Source: SAR86 cluster bacterium
Lineage (GTDB): Bacteria > Pseudomonadota > Gammaproteobacteria > Magnimaribacterales > D2472
DNA: 64,000 nucleotides
NCBI GenBank assembly: GCA_023703655.1
Contig: CP097973.1
Span: 276,813-340,812, forward strand
Direction of reading: 5' to 3'
In this document: one piece after another, positions 1-9,278 of the stretch
Position numbering within the stretch: the stretch's first letter is position 1
Layout: every line of letters starts with the position of its first letter
The notes under the pieces: generated by a model
Told to the model about the DNA's origin: nothing
What the model saw: only the letters and a program-made list of their open reading frames with translations
Databases searched by the model: none
Translations under genes and position numbers: made by a program

Positions 1-119
1 ATTGAATAAAAATTATTTATTTGTCAAGTTTTTTGAATTTTAAATATTTGATAATTTGTTCGCTTTCATAATCTATGTTTTTATATTCCTGTTCAGCATA
101 AAAACCATAGGGGGGTATT

Positions 120-338
120 ATGGAAAATGCACTAGGAATGATAAAAGACTTAGTAAAGAGTCTTACAAGTATTCTTGTAGCTGTTATAGGTCTTGGAGTA
201 GTAGCCGGAGTAGTTTTCGGAGAAACTTGGTTTTTTGGAGATGTGTTAGATAATCTTGTCGCACTGATTCAAGGATTGGGTGAAGCTGGATTAGTTGGAC
301 TTTTAGCTGCTGCAATTCTTATTGGACTTCTTAAGTAA
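120..338 (+). CDS. small membrane protein with two predicted TM helices, unknown function (paralog A)
   Basis: 72-aa ORF with a purine-rich SD (AGGGGGG) just upstream of the ATG. Two hydrophobic helices (LTSILVAVIGLGVVAGVVFG and AGLVGLLAAAILIGLL). Clear paralogy to the next ORF (shared IK.L..S...IL, GVVFG, F.G, G..GL.GL.A..I). Confidence 0.55.
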   Translation: MENALGMIKDLVKSLTSILVAVIGLGVVAGVVFGETWFFGDVLDNLVALIQGLGEAGLVGLLAAAILIGLLK

Positions 339-354
339 TTCTTAAGATTCTATT

Positions 355-375
355 GACGCCCATTTTTTGGGCGTC
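355..375 (+). terminator. perfect 8-bp GC-rich stem-loop between the two small ORFs
   Basis: GACGCCCA-TTTTT-TGGGCGTC read directly from the sequence. No clear downstream U-tract, so terminator function is uncertain. It is one of the very few GC-rich hairpins in the window. Confidence 0.3.
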
Positions 376-388
376 ATTACCATTATCA

Positions 389-622
389 ATGCCAAAATTT
401 ACCTTAAAATCAATTATAAAGTTTTTAAACTCAATAATAGATATCCTGATACCTATAATAGCTGTATCACTTCTACTAGGTGTAGTTTTTGGTCCTGATG
501 CACCTTTTGTTGGCAGTATTTATTTAAATATAAATCAAGTAATTTCAATGATTGGTCAGGATGGACTCCTAGGACTCATCGCAATAATTATAATTCTATT
601 CTATATTCGTAAAAATCAATAA
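389..622 (+). CDS. small membrane protein with two predicted TM helices, unknown function (paralog B)
   Basis: Paralog of 120..338. I prefer ATG 389 (MPKFTLKS...) to the track's TTG 353 because the N-termini of the paralogs then align and the hairpin stays outside the CDS. No obvious SD. The stop lies 2 nt from the tRNA-Met 3' end. Confidence 0.45.
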   Translation: MPKFTLKSIIKFLNSIIDILIPIIAVSLLLGVVFGPDAPFVGSIYLNINQVISMIGQDGLLGLIAIIIILFYIRKNQ

Positions 623-624
623 AT

Positions 625-701
625 TGGTGGCTATGGGTGGAATTGAACCACCGACCCCAGCGTTATGAGTGCTGTGCTCTAACCATCTGAGCTACATAGC
701 C
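625..701 (-). tRNA. tRNA-Met (anticodon CAU), elongator-like
   Basis: The reverse complement reads GGCTATGTAGCTCAGATGGTTAGAGCACAGCACTCATAACGCTGGGGTCGGTGGTTCAATTCCACCCATAGCCACCA. It forms a cloverleaf with a CTCATAA anticodon loop and an encoded CCA, and resembles E. coli elongator tRNA-Met. A lysidine-modified tRNA-Ile2 cannot be fully excluded. Confidence 0.88.
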
Positions 702-734
702 GTGATGGAAATGATAACCATAGTAGAAAACATG

Positions 735-1820
735 TCAAACGTTAAACTTAAAAAGAATAATATCCCCGTCTTTAACAACGTAATCCTTGCCTTCAATCCT
801 TAATTTCCCATTGTCTTTAGAGCCTTTGTAACCCTTGTTATCAATAAAGTCACTGTAAGCAATCACCTCAGCCTTTATGAAACCTTTTTCAAAATCAGTA
901 TGTATTGTGCCTGCTGCAGATGGTGCAATTGATCCATGTGGTATGGTCCAAGCCTTAGTCTCATTTTCACCAGTCGTAAAAAAGGTATCTAATCCAAGTA
1001 TTTTGTATCCTGAGACAATAATTTTATCCAGCACAGGCATATCCATATTTAAAAGTTCTAGGTATTCTTTTTTTTCTTGATCCTCTAGATTTGATATTTC
1101 GTTTTCATTTTTTATATTTGTTGGTAAAAATGAAACATTCTTATTTTTTAAAAAATCTTCTATTTGATTAATATCATTAAGAGCCTCATCATCTGAAATA
1201 TTACCAACTACAAAATATGGTTTTAAAGTCAATAAATTGAGAGAATCAATAAAACTTTTTTCAGATTCAGAATAATCATCTATGCATATTTCATTCTCAT
1301 TAGATAATGTTTCAATTAATTCAGCAATAACTCTTTGCTGACTGAGATCAGATAGATTACCGACTTTAGTTAATTTCAAAAGTTTTTCATTTCTTTTTTC
1401 TAAAAGTTGGATATCTGCTAACAATAATTCAAGATAAATAGTCTTAAAATCAGAAATCGGATCAACTTTATTATTCACATGAAGAATTTTTTCATTTTTG
1501 AAACATCTCACCACATGAACAATTGCATTTACCTCTCTAATATTTGATAAAAACTCATTGCCAAGTCCCTCACCATCAGATGCTCCTTTCACTAAACCTG
1601 CAATGTCTACAAATGTAGTGGTTGCATGAATAAGTTTTGAAGAATTTGAAAGCAAAGAAATGCTAATTAATCTATCATCAGGAACACTCACTACGCCAAC
1701 ATTCGGCTCTATTGTACAAAACGGAAAGTTCTCTGCGGGTATTGATGCATTGGTGATAGCATTGAATAATGTTGATTTCCCAACATTTGGCAGACCCACT
1801 ATCCCACATTTAAATCCCAC
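735..1820 (-). CDS. ychF: ribosome-binding ATPase YchF
   Basis: N-terminal G1 motif GLPNVGKSTLFNA, C-terminal YchF/TGS-type domain, conserved ychF-pth neighbourhood. Confidence 0.95.
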   Translation of the reverse strand: MGFKCGIVGLPNVGKSTLFNAITNASIPAENFPFCTIEPNVGVVSVPDDRLISISLLSNSSKLIHATTTFVDIAGLVKGASDGEGLGNEFLSNIREVNAIVHVVRCFKNEKILHVNNKVDPISDFKTIYLELLLADIQLLEKRNEKLLKLTKVGNLSDLSQQRVIAELIETLSNENEICIDDYSESEKSFIDSLNLLTLKPYFVVGNISDDEALNDINQIEDFLKNKNVSFLPTNIKNENEISNLEDQEKKEYLELLNMDMPVLDKIIVSGYKILGLDTFFTTGENETKAWTIPHGSIAPSAAGTIHTDFEKGFIKAEVIAYSDFIDNKGYKGSKDNGKLRIEGKDYVVKDGDIILFKFNV

Positions 1821-1822
1821 TT

Positions 1823-2389
1823 TTAATCAGTGTTAAGAAATTTTTGACAATTTTCAATACCATCTTTAGCTAAGATATCAAGAGAGTTATGAAATTTTAT
1901 AAAGGCATTATCTAAAGTATTTTTTTCAGATGGAGAGAACTTCGTTAGAACCCAGTCTGTAACCAAATCCTTGTTACCTGGATGACCAATTCCAATTCTA
2001 AATCTATAAAAATCTTCCCCAAAATGCTGAATTATATTTCTTAATCCATTATGACCACCATGACCTCCACCGCACTTTAATCTTATTTTGCCAATTGATA
2101 AATCTATATCGTCATGCACTACAAAAAATTTAGATTTGTCATTTTTATGATATTTAATGATTCTAGAAAATGTTTTATATGAGTCATTTACATATGAATT
2201 ACTCATATATAAATGTATCGAGAGTTTATTTAAAAAAAAGTAATCAGCATAAAGTGAGCTTTTCGTTGAAACTTTTGATTTTGATGAAGATGCTATCTTT
2301 GCAATCCAATCTTTGCCAATATTGTGTCTTGTTTTTGAGTATTTATTACCTGGATTACCTAGACCTAATAATGTAAAAGGATTAATCAA
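1823..2389 (-). CDS. pth: peptidyl-tRNA hydrolase
   Basis: LGNPG..Y..TRHNIG N-terminus and the HGGHNG motif. Located between ychF and rplY. Confidence 0.9.
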   Translation of the reverse strand: MINPFTLLGLGNPGNKYSKTRHNIGKDWIAKIASSSKSKVSTKSSLYADYFFLNKLSIHLYMSNSYVNDSYKTFSRIIKYHKNDKSKFFVVHDDIDLSIGKIRLKCGGGHGGHNGLRNIIQHFGEDFYRFRIGIGHPGNKDLVTDWVLTKFSPSEKNTLDNAFIKFHNSLDILAKDGIENCQKFLNTD

Positions 2390-3108
2390 TTATCACTTTT
2401 TGTTTCTTCGCCTGAATCATCATTATCTAGAGTTTCTTCAGCTGAACCTGTATCAGCTTTTACCTCTCCTTCGTCAGAATCAGCTTCCATACTTTCATCA
2501 TCAAGCATTTCAGGCTCGTCCTCAACAATTGCTTTTGGAGGAGCAACATTTACTACCATTTGATCAGAGTTATCATCGAGGTTAGGAATTTCAACACCTT
2601 CCTCAAGCTTTATATCTGACAATCTTAAAGATTCATTTAAGCTAACTTCAAGTAAGTCTAATTCTATAGCCTCAGGAATATTAGAAGCTAGGCAGGAAAC
2701 CTCAAGTTCTCTGATAAGTTTTGTAATTACGCCACCTTCATTTTTAACACCAATACAGTCATCCTCATTAGTAAACTTAATTGGTACAACAACTTTGAGT
2801 TTTGTTTTAGAAGAAACTCGCATGAAGTCAGCATGCAAGAGCTTTCCTTTTTCGGGCTCTCTTTGAAGCTCCTTCAGAACAACTTTTTCTTCATTTCCAT
2901 CAAGCATTATTTTGAGTACTTGTGTAAAAAATAACTCTGATTCAGAAGCTTTAGTAATTTCATTAAGATATAGTTTGATATTTTTTGTATCCTGATTATT
3001 TCCATAAATAACAGCTGGAACCATAGATTCATTTCGTCTGATCTCACGATTCTTGTTTGTACCAGTTCTTACTCTGTTATCTGCATTTAGTACTATTTCT
3101 TCACTCAT
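2386..3108 (-). CDS. rplY: 50S ribosomal protein L25 (long Ctc form) with acidic C-terminal tail
   Basis: L25/Ctc N-domain (RTGTNKNREIRRNESMVPAVIYG). I prefer ATG 3108, preceded by GAGAGGGAAA, over the track's TTG 3120. 4-nt ATGA overlap with pth. Confidence 0.85.
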   Translation of the reverse strand: MSEEIVLNADNRVRTGTNKNREIRRNESMVPAVIYGNNQDTKNIKLYLNEITKASESELFFTQVLKIMLDGNEEKVVLKELQREPEKGKLLHADFMRVSSKTKLKVVVPIKFTNEDDCIGVKNEGGVITKLIRELEVSCLASNIPEAIELDLLEVSLNESLRLSDIKLEEGVEIPNLDDNSDQMVVNVAPPKAIVEDEPEMLDDESMEADSDEGEVKADTGSAEETLDNDDSGEETKSDN

Positions 3109-3120
3109 TTTCCCTCTCAA

Positions 3121-4083
3121 TTATAAAAAAAGTGCACTTAACGATTCTTCATTATTAAGTCTTCTCATACATTCCGCTAGTGTTGAAGCTAGTGAAATGA
3201 CGCGTATTTTACTGCATTTTTTAGCATCTTGCGAAAGAGATATTGAATCAGTAACAATTAGCTCATCAATACTTGATTTTGATATACGCTCTATTGCAGG
3301 TCCAGACAGTACAGGATGAGTGATATATGCAATTACTTTTGATGCCCCAGACTTTTTCAATACATCAGATGCATTGCATAATGTGCCAGCCGTATCAATA
3401 ATGTCATCTGGCACAATGCATATTCTGTTCTTAACATCACCAATAATATTCATCACCTCAGATACATTGTCTGCTGATCGTCTTTTATCAATTATGGCCA
3501 AATCAGCATCATCTATAAACTTTGCTAATGCCCTTGACCTTACTACACCTCCAACATCTGGAGACACGACTGTAACCTTAGATAAATCATCTCTATAGTT
3601 ATTTTTTATGTCATTTAACATCACTTTAGTTGCATATACGTTATCAGCTGGCATATCAAAAAAACCTTGAATTGTTTCTGAGTGAAGATCAACAGTTAAA
3701 ATTCTATGAATTCCAGCTTTATAGAGAATATCAGCTACTACCTTTGCACTAATTGGGACTCTTGCAGATCTCACTCTTCTATCTTGTCTTGCATACCCAA
3801 AATATGGAATAACAGCTGTAATTTTTGAGGCTGAAGAGCGTTTCAATGCATCTGCAATTAGGATTAATTCCATCATATTATCATTTGCGGGATATGATGT
3901 TGATTGCACGATGAAGGTTTCATGACCCCTTACATTTTCCATCAATTCAACCTTAATCTCTCCATCAGAAAACTTTGATACATCTATATGACCAATATCT
4001 GTATCAAGAATTTCTGCAATACCTCTTGCTAAATCCGGTACAGAGCTACCGGAAAATATATCAAAGTTAACTCTACTACTCAT
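3121..4083 (-). CDS. prs: ribose-phosphate pyrophosphokinase
   Basis: Full-length match to the Prs family (FSDGE, YFGYARQDRR, DLH, PRPP-binding loop VSPDVGGV). Confidence 0.95.
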   Translation of the reverse strand: MSSRVNFDIFSGSSVPDLARGIAEILDTDIGHIDVSKFSDGEIKVELMENVRGHETFIVQSTSYPANDNMMELILIADALKRSSASKITAVIPYFGYARQDRRVRSARVPISAKVVADILYKAGIHRILTVDLHSETIQGFFDMPADNVYATKVMLNDIKNNYRDDLSKVTVVSPDVGGVVRSRALAKFIDDADLAIIDKRRSADNVSEVMNIIGDVKNRICIVPDDIIDTAGTLCNASDVLKKSGASKVIAYITHPVLSGPAIERISKSSIDELIVTDSISLSQDAKKCSKIRVISLASTLAECMRRLNNEESLSALFL

Positions 4084-4086
4084 TTT

Positions 4087-4161
4087 TGGCTGGGGTGGTA
4101 GGATTCGAACCTACGCATGACGGGATCAAAACCCGTTGCCTTACCGCTTGGCGACACCCCA
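4087..4161 (-). tRNA. tRNA-Gln (anticodon UUG)
   Basis: The reverse complement reads TGGGGTGTCGCCAAGCGGTAAGGCAACGGGTTTTGATCCCGTCATGCGTAGGTTCGAATCCTACCACCCCAGCCA. It closely resembles E. coli tRNA-Gln and has anticodon loop TTTTGAT. Confidence 0.9.
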
Positions 4162-4162
4162 T

Positions 4163-4972
4163 TTAAATATTTAATATTGGTGAGTATTGTAATGGTTCAA
4201 CCAAAAAGAATCTCCATTTTTTTGGAATTTTCTCTAAAAATAGTTTAGTGGATTCATTACGCACCCATGGTGTAAAAAAACATGAACCAGTTCCAGACAT
4301 TAAAAATTCAAGTCCATACTTATCATTTGCATCATTGAAAAAAGAGTAAACCTCAGAATAATTTTTTTCAAAAACATACATAAAGTCATTTTTCAGATTC
4401 TTTTTAGTTATATTTGCCTTATCAAATTCATTAAACATCATGGCTGTGGACAGATATAAATTCGGATATATGATTAATAACTTATGATTATAATTCTTCG
4501 ATTGAGCCAATTGATTACCAAAACCATATACATATGCATTTTTACCATGCATAAAAAAGGGGATATCGGCACCAATTTTCGCTGCAATTTTATTTAGCTT
4601 TCCTAAACTCAGGCCAAGTTTAAATAATTTATTTGTAGCAACAAGAAAAGATGCCGCATTTGAGCTACCACCACCAAGTCCAGCACCAATTGGAATATTC
4701 TTCTTTAGAGAAACCTCACATCTCAGGTTATCACCAGTTTCTTGAGTTAAATGATAATGCGCTAGATTTAAAATATTATTTTGTAAAAATTTTTTTTTGT
4801 TAAGATTTGACTTAATCAGGAAATCACAGTTTGTCTTTTTAATCATAAGATCATCATATAAATCAACTAATTGAAATCTTGATCTAATATTATGTAGCCC
4901 ATCTTTTCTTAAATTTCCAACTTTAAGGTATAAATTAATTTTAGCAGGACATTTAGTTTTGATAATCTTCAT
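4163..4972 (-). CDS. ispE: 4-diphosphocytidyl-2-C-methyl-D-erythritol kinase
   Basis: GHMP kinase motif PIGAGLGGGSSNAA, N-terminal PAKINL.L, conserved lolB-ispE-prs order. Confidence 0.9.
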   Translation of the reverse strand: MKIIKTKCPAKINLYLKVGNLRKDGLHNIRSRFQLVDLYDDLMIKKTNCDFLIKSNLNKKKFLQNNILNLAHYHLTQETGDNLRCEVSLKKNIPIGAGLGGGSSNAASFLVATNKLFKLGLSLGKLNKIAAKIGADIPFFMHGKNAYVYGFGNQLAQSKNYNHKLLIIYPNLYLSTAMMFNEFDKANITKKNLKNDFMYVFEKNYSEVYSFFNDANDKYGLEFLMSGTGSCFFTPWVRNESTKLFLEKIPKKWRFFLVEPLQYSPILNI

Positions 4973-5442
4973 TATTCCTTTAAAGATAACTCCAAAATAC
5001 CACCATATGCTGAATTAATTTTGATTTTATAGGATCTATTTTGGATTTCACAAATTGATTGAAGCTTCTCATAATTTTTTTTGTGCACTAGGCACTCAAT
5101 TAATCCAGGAATTTCAGTTAAAAGATCTTTAAAATGAATCCCATACTTCTCAACATTTGATTTTTCTTCATAATGAAAACCACTTAATGTAACATCACCG
5201 TCTTTAAAATTTATTTTTAATCTTTCGTAATTACCTAATATTGCACTATATGGCTGTATAATAAGATATTTATTATAAATACTAATGAGAATTCTTGATC
5301 TATATACTTCATTGTTATAGCTAAACTTCAAACTTCCTTTCAAGATATTTAATGGCTGATCATTGAATGTCGCACATGCAGAATGAATAATTAATAAAAA
5401 AAATATGGAAATAAATTGAATGAATCTTAGATTATTTGGCAT
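4972..5442 (-). CDS. lolB: outer-membrane lipoprotein LolB-like (called mainly by position)
   Basis: Occupies the canonical lolB slot between hemA (divergent) and ispE. Signal peptide ends in a Cys (LLIIHSAC), although the lipobox is atypical. Sequence similarity is too weak to judge by eye. Confidence 0.5.
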   Translation of the reverse strand: MPNNLRFIQFISIFFLLIIHSACATFNDQPLNILKGSLKFSYNNEVYRSRILISIYNKYLIIQPYSAILGNYERLKINFKDGDVTLSGFHYEEKSNVEKYGIHFKDLLTEIPGLIECLVHKKNYEKLQSICEIQNRSYKIKINSAYGGILELSLKE

Positions 5443-6640
5443 AAGTCATAAAATAGCTAATCTCGAGCAGAGAGAATCATTTATATTATCAAAAAATCAT
5501 ATTAACTATATTACTGATCTCCTTGAAAGGAAATTTTCAGATCAATTAAGCTCATTATTTTTTTTATCAACATGCAATCGAACAGAGTGTTACATGATTT
5601 GTGAAACTGAACAAACTTGTAGAGATTTTTTCTTAGAGATTTATAAGATGTTAGATAGTGATTTGGATCAAGAAAGTTTTTTTTATTTTAAAGCCCGAGA
5701 TGATGCATTTGTTCATTTGTGTAAAGTTGGCAGTGGTGTTGATTCAAGAATCATTGGAGAAAAGGAAATATTTGGTCAATTAAAAAATGCATTCAAAGAA
5801 TATGATGAAATGGGTCTAATCTCAAATCAAATGCGTGATATATGTGATAGAGCGTTTTCCATATCAAAGTTTATTCGAAATGAAACTAAAATTGATTCAA
5901 CTCCAATATCGATATCCACATTGGTATTGAAGTTGCTTAAGGAGTTATTTGAAAATCCAACCGAACAAAATATTCTGCTTATTGGCGCAGGTGATGTAGC
6001 GACAAACATTATTAAAAATCTTCATAAAAATGGATATAAAGAAATAGAGTTCCATAATCGAACAAAAAAAATAATTTCTATTTCAAACTCACTTAAACTT
6101 GAATCCAAACCTTTAAACAAGATCAATTTAGCCCTTAAAAAAAATGATATATTGATTTCATCCATCAATTCAGACTTTCCAATTATAGGCAAAGGATTGA
6201 TTGAAGAAAACTTAAAATTAAGAAAGAATAAACCACTTTTACTAATAGATTTAGGCGTGCCTAGAAATATTGAAGCAGCGGTTTCCTCATCTGAGTTTGT
6301 TTACCTGTATACACTAGAGGATATTGAAAATTTTAGTTTTAAAAATTTAAAAGAAAGAAAACAATCTGCATCTCATGCAACTACTCTAATTAAGGCAATG
6401 GTTGCAGATTCAATTAGGGAGATAGATGAAGACAATGCTAAAGAACAAATATTTATAACCTTATCTTCGATCTTAAGAGGTAAAAATGAAGCATATATTA
6501 GTCAGCTTTTATCAAACAAGAAAATTGCTGACGTAATTATTGAGGATTTTGATATTGAAGATGATTTAGCACATAAATTAACAACTATGGATAACAAAAT
6601 AGTTATATCAATGATTAAGGAGATTTCGCGTGCTTCCTGA
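5420..6640 (+). CDS. hemA: glutamyl-tRNA reductase
   Basis: The N-terminus MNLRLFGISHKIA aligns residue-for-residue with E. coli MTLLALGINHKTA. Catalytic STCNR motif and NAD(P) fold GAGDVA are present. Confidence 0.9.
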   Translation: MNLRLFGISHKIANLEQRESFILSKNHINYITDLLERKFSDQLSSLFFLSTCNRTECYMICETEQTCRDFFLEIYKMLDSDLDQESFFYFKARDDAFVHLCKVGSGVDSRIIGEKEIFGQLKNAFKEYDEMGLISNQMRDICDRAFSISKFIRNETKIDSTPISISTLVLKLLKELFENPTEQNILLIGAGDVATNIIKNLHKNGYKEIEFHNRTKKIISISNSLKLESKPLNKINLALKKNDILISSINSDFPIIGKGLIEENLKLRKNKPLLLIDLGVPRNIEAAVSSSEFVYLYTLEDIENFSFKNLKERKQSASHATTLIKAMVADSIREIDEDNAKEQIFITLSSILRGKNEAYISQLLSNKKIADVIIEDFDIEDDLAHKLTTMDNKIVISMIKEISRAS

Positions 6641-7721
6641 ATCTGTAATTATAAAACTAGATGCATTAAGAAAAAGAAGAGATGAGATTGAAGTGCTTCT
6701 CTCACAAGAAGATGCCACAAATGACATAAATAATTTTAAGGCTTTAAGTAAAGAATTTTCCGAAATCAATCCAATTATTGATCACTATGATAATTACAAA
6801 ATAGTAATAGCATCAATTGATGATTCAAAGGAAATCATTAACACAGGTGATGAGGATCTTAAATTGTTGGCTTTGGAAGAAATAGACACTCTTAATAACG
6901 ATCTAAATGTAGTAGAAAAAGAATTAAAATTAATGCTTTTACCAAAGGATAAGTCTGATGCTGGCTCAGCATACCTTGAAATCAGGGCTGGTGCCGGTGG
7001 TGATGAAGCTGCAATATTTGCAGCTGAATTATTACGATTATATCTAAGACTTTGTGAAAGAAAAAAATGGAAGTTTGAAATAATTTCTAACAAACCATCA
7101 GAACCCAACGGTACAAAAGAGGCGGTGCTACAAGTTGATGGATTAAATGTTTATAAATCATTGAAATTTGAGTCTGGAGTTCATCGAGTGCAAAGAGTTC
7201 CTGAAACAGAATCTCAAGGCAGAGTCCATACATCAACTGTTACTGTGGCTGTATTACCAATGCAAGATGAAATTGAAGAAAAAGAAATTGATAAAAATGA
7301 ATTAAGAGTAGATACCTACCGAGCATCCGGTGCTGGAGGACAACATGTTAATAAGACTGATTCTGCAATAAGAATTACTCATCTTCCAACCGGGATTGTT
7401 GTTGAGTGCCAAGATGACAGATCGCAACATAAAAATAAAACCAAAGCACTAAGTTTACTATCAGCAAAACTTAAGGCGAAAGAGCTTGAAGAGCAACAAC
7501 AAAATATTGCTAATGAAAGGAAGTTACTTGTGGGTTCTGGTGACAGAAGTGAAAAGATTAGGACATATAATTTTCCACAGGGCAGGGTGACAGATCATAG
7601 GATCAAACTAACCCAACATAATCTGGATAACATTATGGATGGTGATTTAGAATCTATTTTGGATGCTTTGCTTACAGAGCATCAGTTAGAGCAACTATCA
7701 AGTTTAGAAGAGAATGGTTAA
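6630..7721 (+). CDS. prfA: peptide chain release factor 1
   Basis: GGQ motif (SGAGGQHVNKTDSA) and PxT-type tripeptide region RVQRVPETESQGRVHTS. GTG start overlaps the hemA end. Confidence 0.95.
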   Translation: MLPESVIIKLDALRKRRDEIEVLLSQEDATNDINNFKALSKEFSEINPIIDHYDNYKIVIASIDDSKEIINTGDEDLKLLALEEIDTLNNDLNVVEKELKLMLLPKDKSDAGSAYLEIRAGAGGDEAAIFAAELLRLYLRLCERKKWKFEIISNKPSEPNGTKEAVLQVDGLNVYKSLKFESGVHRVQRVPETESQGRVHTSTVTVAVLPMQDEIEEKEIDKNELRVDTYRASGAGGQHVNKTDSAIRITHLPTGIVVECQDDRSQHKNKTKALSLLSAKLKAKELEEQQQNIANERKLLVGSGDRSEKIRTYNFPQGRVTDHRIKLTQHNLDNIMDGDLESILDALLTEHQLEQLSSLEENG

Positions 7722-8544
7722 AGCATATTCAACTGAAAATCTCATAGAGATTTGTAAAGAACATCAGGATCAGTATCCAATGATATTTAGAGATATTAAC
7801 TTCTTTTTAAAGGAAAAAAATATTTCAGATATTCCTATAGAAATAAATTATTCAGGATTTATTGAAAAAGATTCTATAAAGTTGATTGAGGCTGAATTTT
7901 TTCAACAATATTTGAACAGTGTTCCACTTGATTACATTTTAAAAAATTCAAATTTTTACGGATATAACTTCTATGTAGACGAAAATGTTCTGATTCCAAG
8001 ACCAGAAACAGAATTGATTTTAGATTACGTCATTGATATGGGGATTAACAACAAAACTATCATAGATGCTGGGACAGGATCAGGCTGTATTGGCGCAGTT
8101 CTATCAAAAGTGTTAACTGACTCGAACATTTATGCAATTGACAATAATATTAAAGCCATTGATATTGCTCAATACAATTTCAACAAGCTAGATTGCAAAA
8201 ATATTCAAACAGTATTAAGTGATTGGCTTTCATCTTTTGAAGCAAACTCAATTGACATAATTGTTTCGAATCCTCCTTATATCAAAGCAGATGATCCTCA
8301 TCTTGATGAATTGCATTATGAACCAAAGGGTGCGCTTATTGGAGGTAAAAATGGTCTGATTCATTTTGACAGAATATTCTTTGATGCGAAAAGATGTCTT
8401 AGGCCTGATGGATATTTAATTTTTGAGCATGGATTTGATCAACAGGAGCAGATTATTTCCTTATCAAAAAAATACTTATTTAATTTAGTGGCCCCAATTA
8501 ATGATTTACAAGGTCACAATAGAGGTTTAGTGTTTAAGAAATGA
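7714..8544 (+). CDS. prmC: release-factor glutamine N5-methyltransferase PrmC/HemK
   Basis: SAM motif DAGTGSGCIG and catalytic NPPY. Follows prfA as usual. Confidence 0.88.
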   Translation: MVKAYSTENLIEICKEHQDQYPMIFRDINFFLKEKNISDIPIEINYSGFIEKDSIKLIEAEFFQQYLNSVPLDYILKNSNFYGYNFYVDENVLIPRPETELILDYVIDMGINNKTIIDAGTGSGCIGAVLSKVLTDSNIYAIDNNIKAIDIAQYNFNKLDCKNIQTVLSDWLSSFEANSIDIIVSNPPYIKADDPHLDELHYEPKGALIGGKNGLIHFDRIFFDAKRCLRPDGYLIFEHGFDQQEQIISLSKKYLFNLVAPINDLQGHNRGLVFKK

Positions 8545-9278
8545 ATTCAATTTTCTTTGAAAAAGTACTAAAACTTGATGAGTTTAGTAAATCAGATCTT
8601 ACAGACCTCTCACAAAAAAGATTTCTCATAATTGGTGCAGGAGGAATTGCTCATCCTTTGATTATGAATCTTCTAGGCCACGGTGTTAAACACTTATCTA
8701 TAGCTGATGGTGATAAAGTTGAAACTGATAACTTACATAGGCAATTCTTGTTCGATTTTGAGGACATTGGATTAAATAAGGCTCTTACAGTCAAAAAAAA
8801 ACTAGTAAATAAATTTCCTAATCTAAAATTAGAAATATTTGATAGATTTCTTGATGAAAGAGATCTTTACGATAATTTAAATACTTTTGATATCGTTGCA
8901 GATTGCTCAGATAATTTTGCTACAAAATATAATTCAAATGAAATCTGTCATGAATTTAAAAAACCATTATTTATTGGTTCAGCAAATGGATATATTGGAC
9001 AAGCAATTTTCATCCCAAATTCAGTTTCTGGTCCATGTTATGAATGTTTATTTCCTCGGAGCTCTTACTTACCTGAGGAGACATGCAATGAATCTGGTAT
9101 AGCACCATATGTTTTAAGTTATGTAGCTTCAATACTAACTATGTTGATAACGAATTTTGTTATTAGCGGGCATAGTGCACCAATAAAACTTTATAGAATA
9201 GATGCTAAGAAGATGGAATTAAGTTCTTCAACTTTGCGTAGTGATACAAGTTGTATAATTTGTGGGGCTGATGATTAA
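8541..9278 (+). CDS. moeB: ThiF/MoeB-family E1-like adenylyltransferase
   Basis: Rossmann motif IIGAGGIA, D.D.V...NL.RQ motif, two CxxC pairs (CYEC, CIIC). As I recall, a moeB follows prmC in Pseudomonas too. Assignment to MoeB versus ThiF or another E1 is not possible by eye. Confidence 0.75.
   Translation: MNSIFFEKVLKLDEFSKSDLTDLSQKRFLIIGAGGIAHPLIMNLLGHGVKHLSIADGDKVETDNLHRQFLFDFEDIGLNKALTVKKKLVNKFPNLKLEIFDRFLDERDLYDNLNTFDIVADCSDNFATKYNSNEICHEFKKPLFIGSANGYIGQAIFIPNSVSGPCYECLFPRSSYLPEETCNESGIAPYVLSYVASILTMLITNFVISGHSAPIKLYRIDAKKMELSSSTLRSDTSCIICGADD

Noticed and set aside
56-253. 65-aa ORF overlapping the first small membrane-protein gene in another frame
   Set aside because: Cys/Arg/Ser-rich product with no SD. 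The overlapping frame (120-338) has a strong SD and a paralog next door.
7170-7230. RF1 tripeptide reads PET instead of the E. coli PAT
   Set aside because: The motif is PxT with a variable middle residue, so this is within normal RF1 variation and is not evidence of altered stop-codon recognition.
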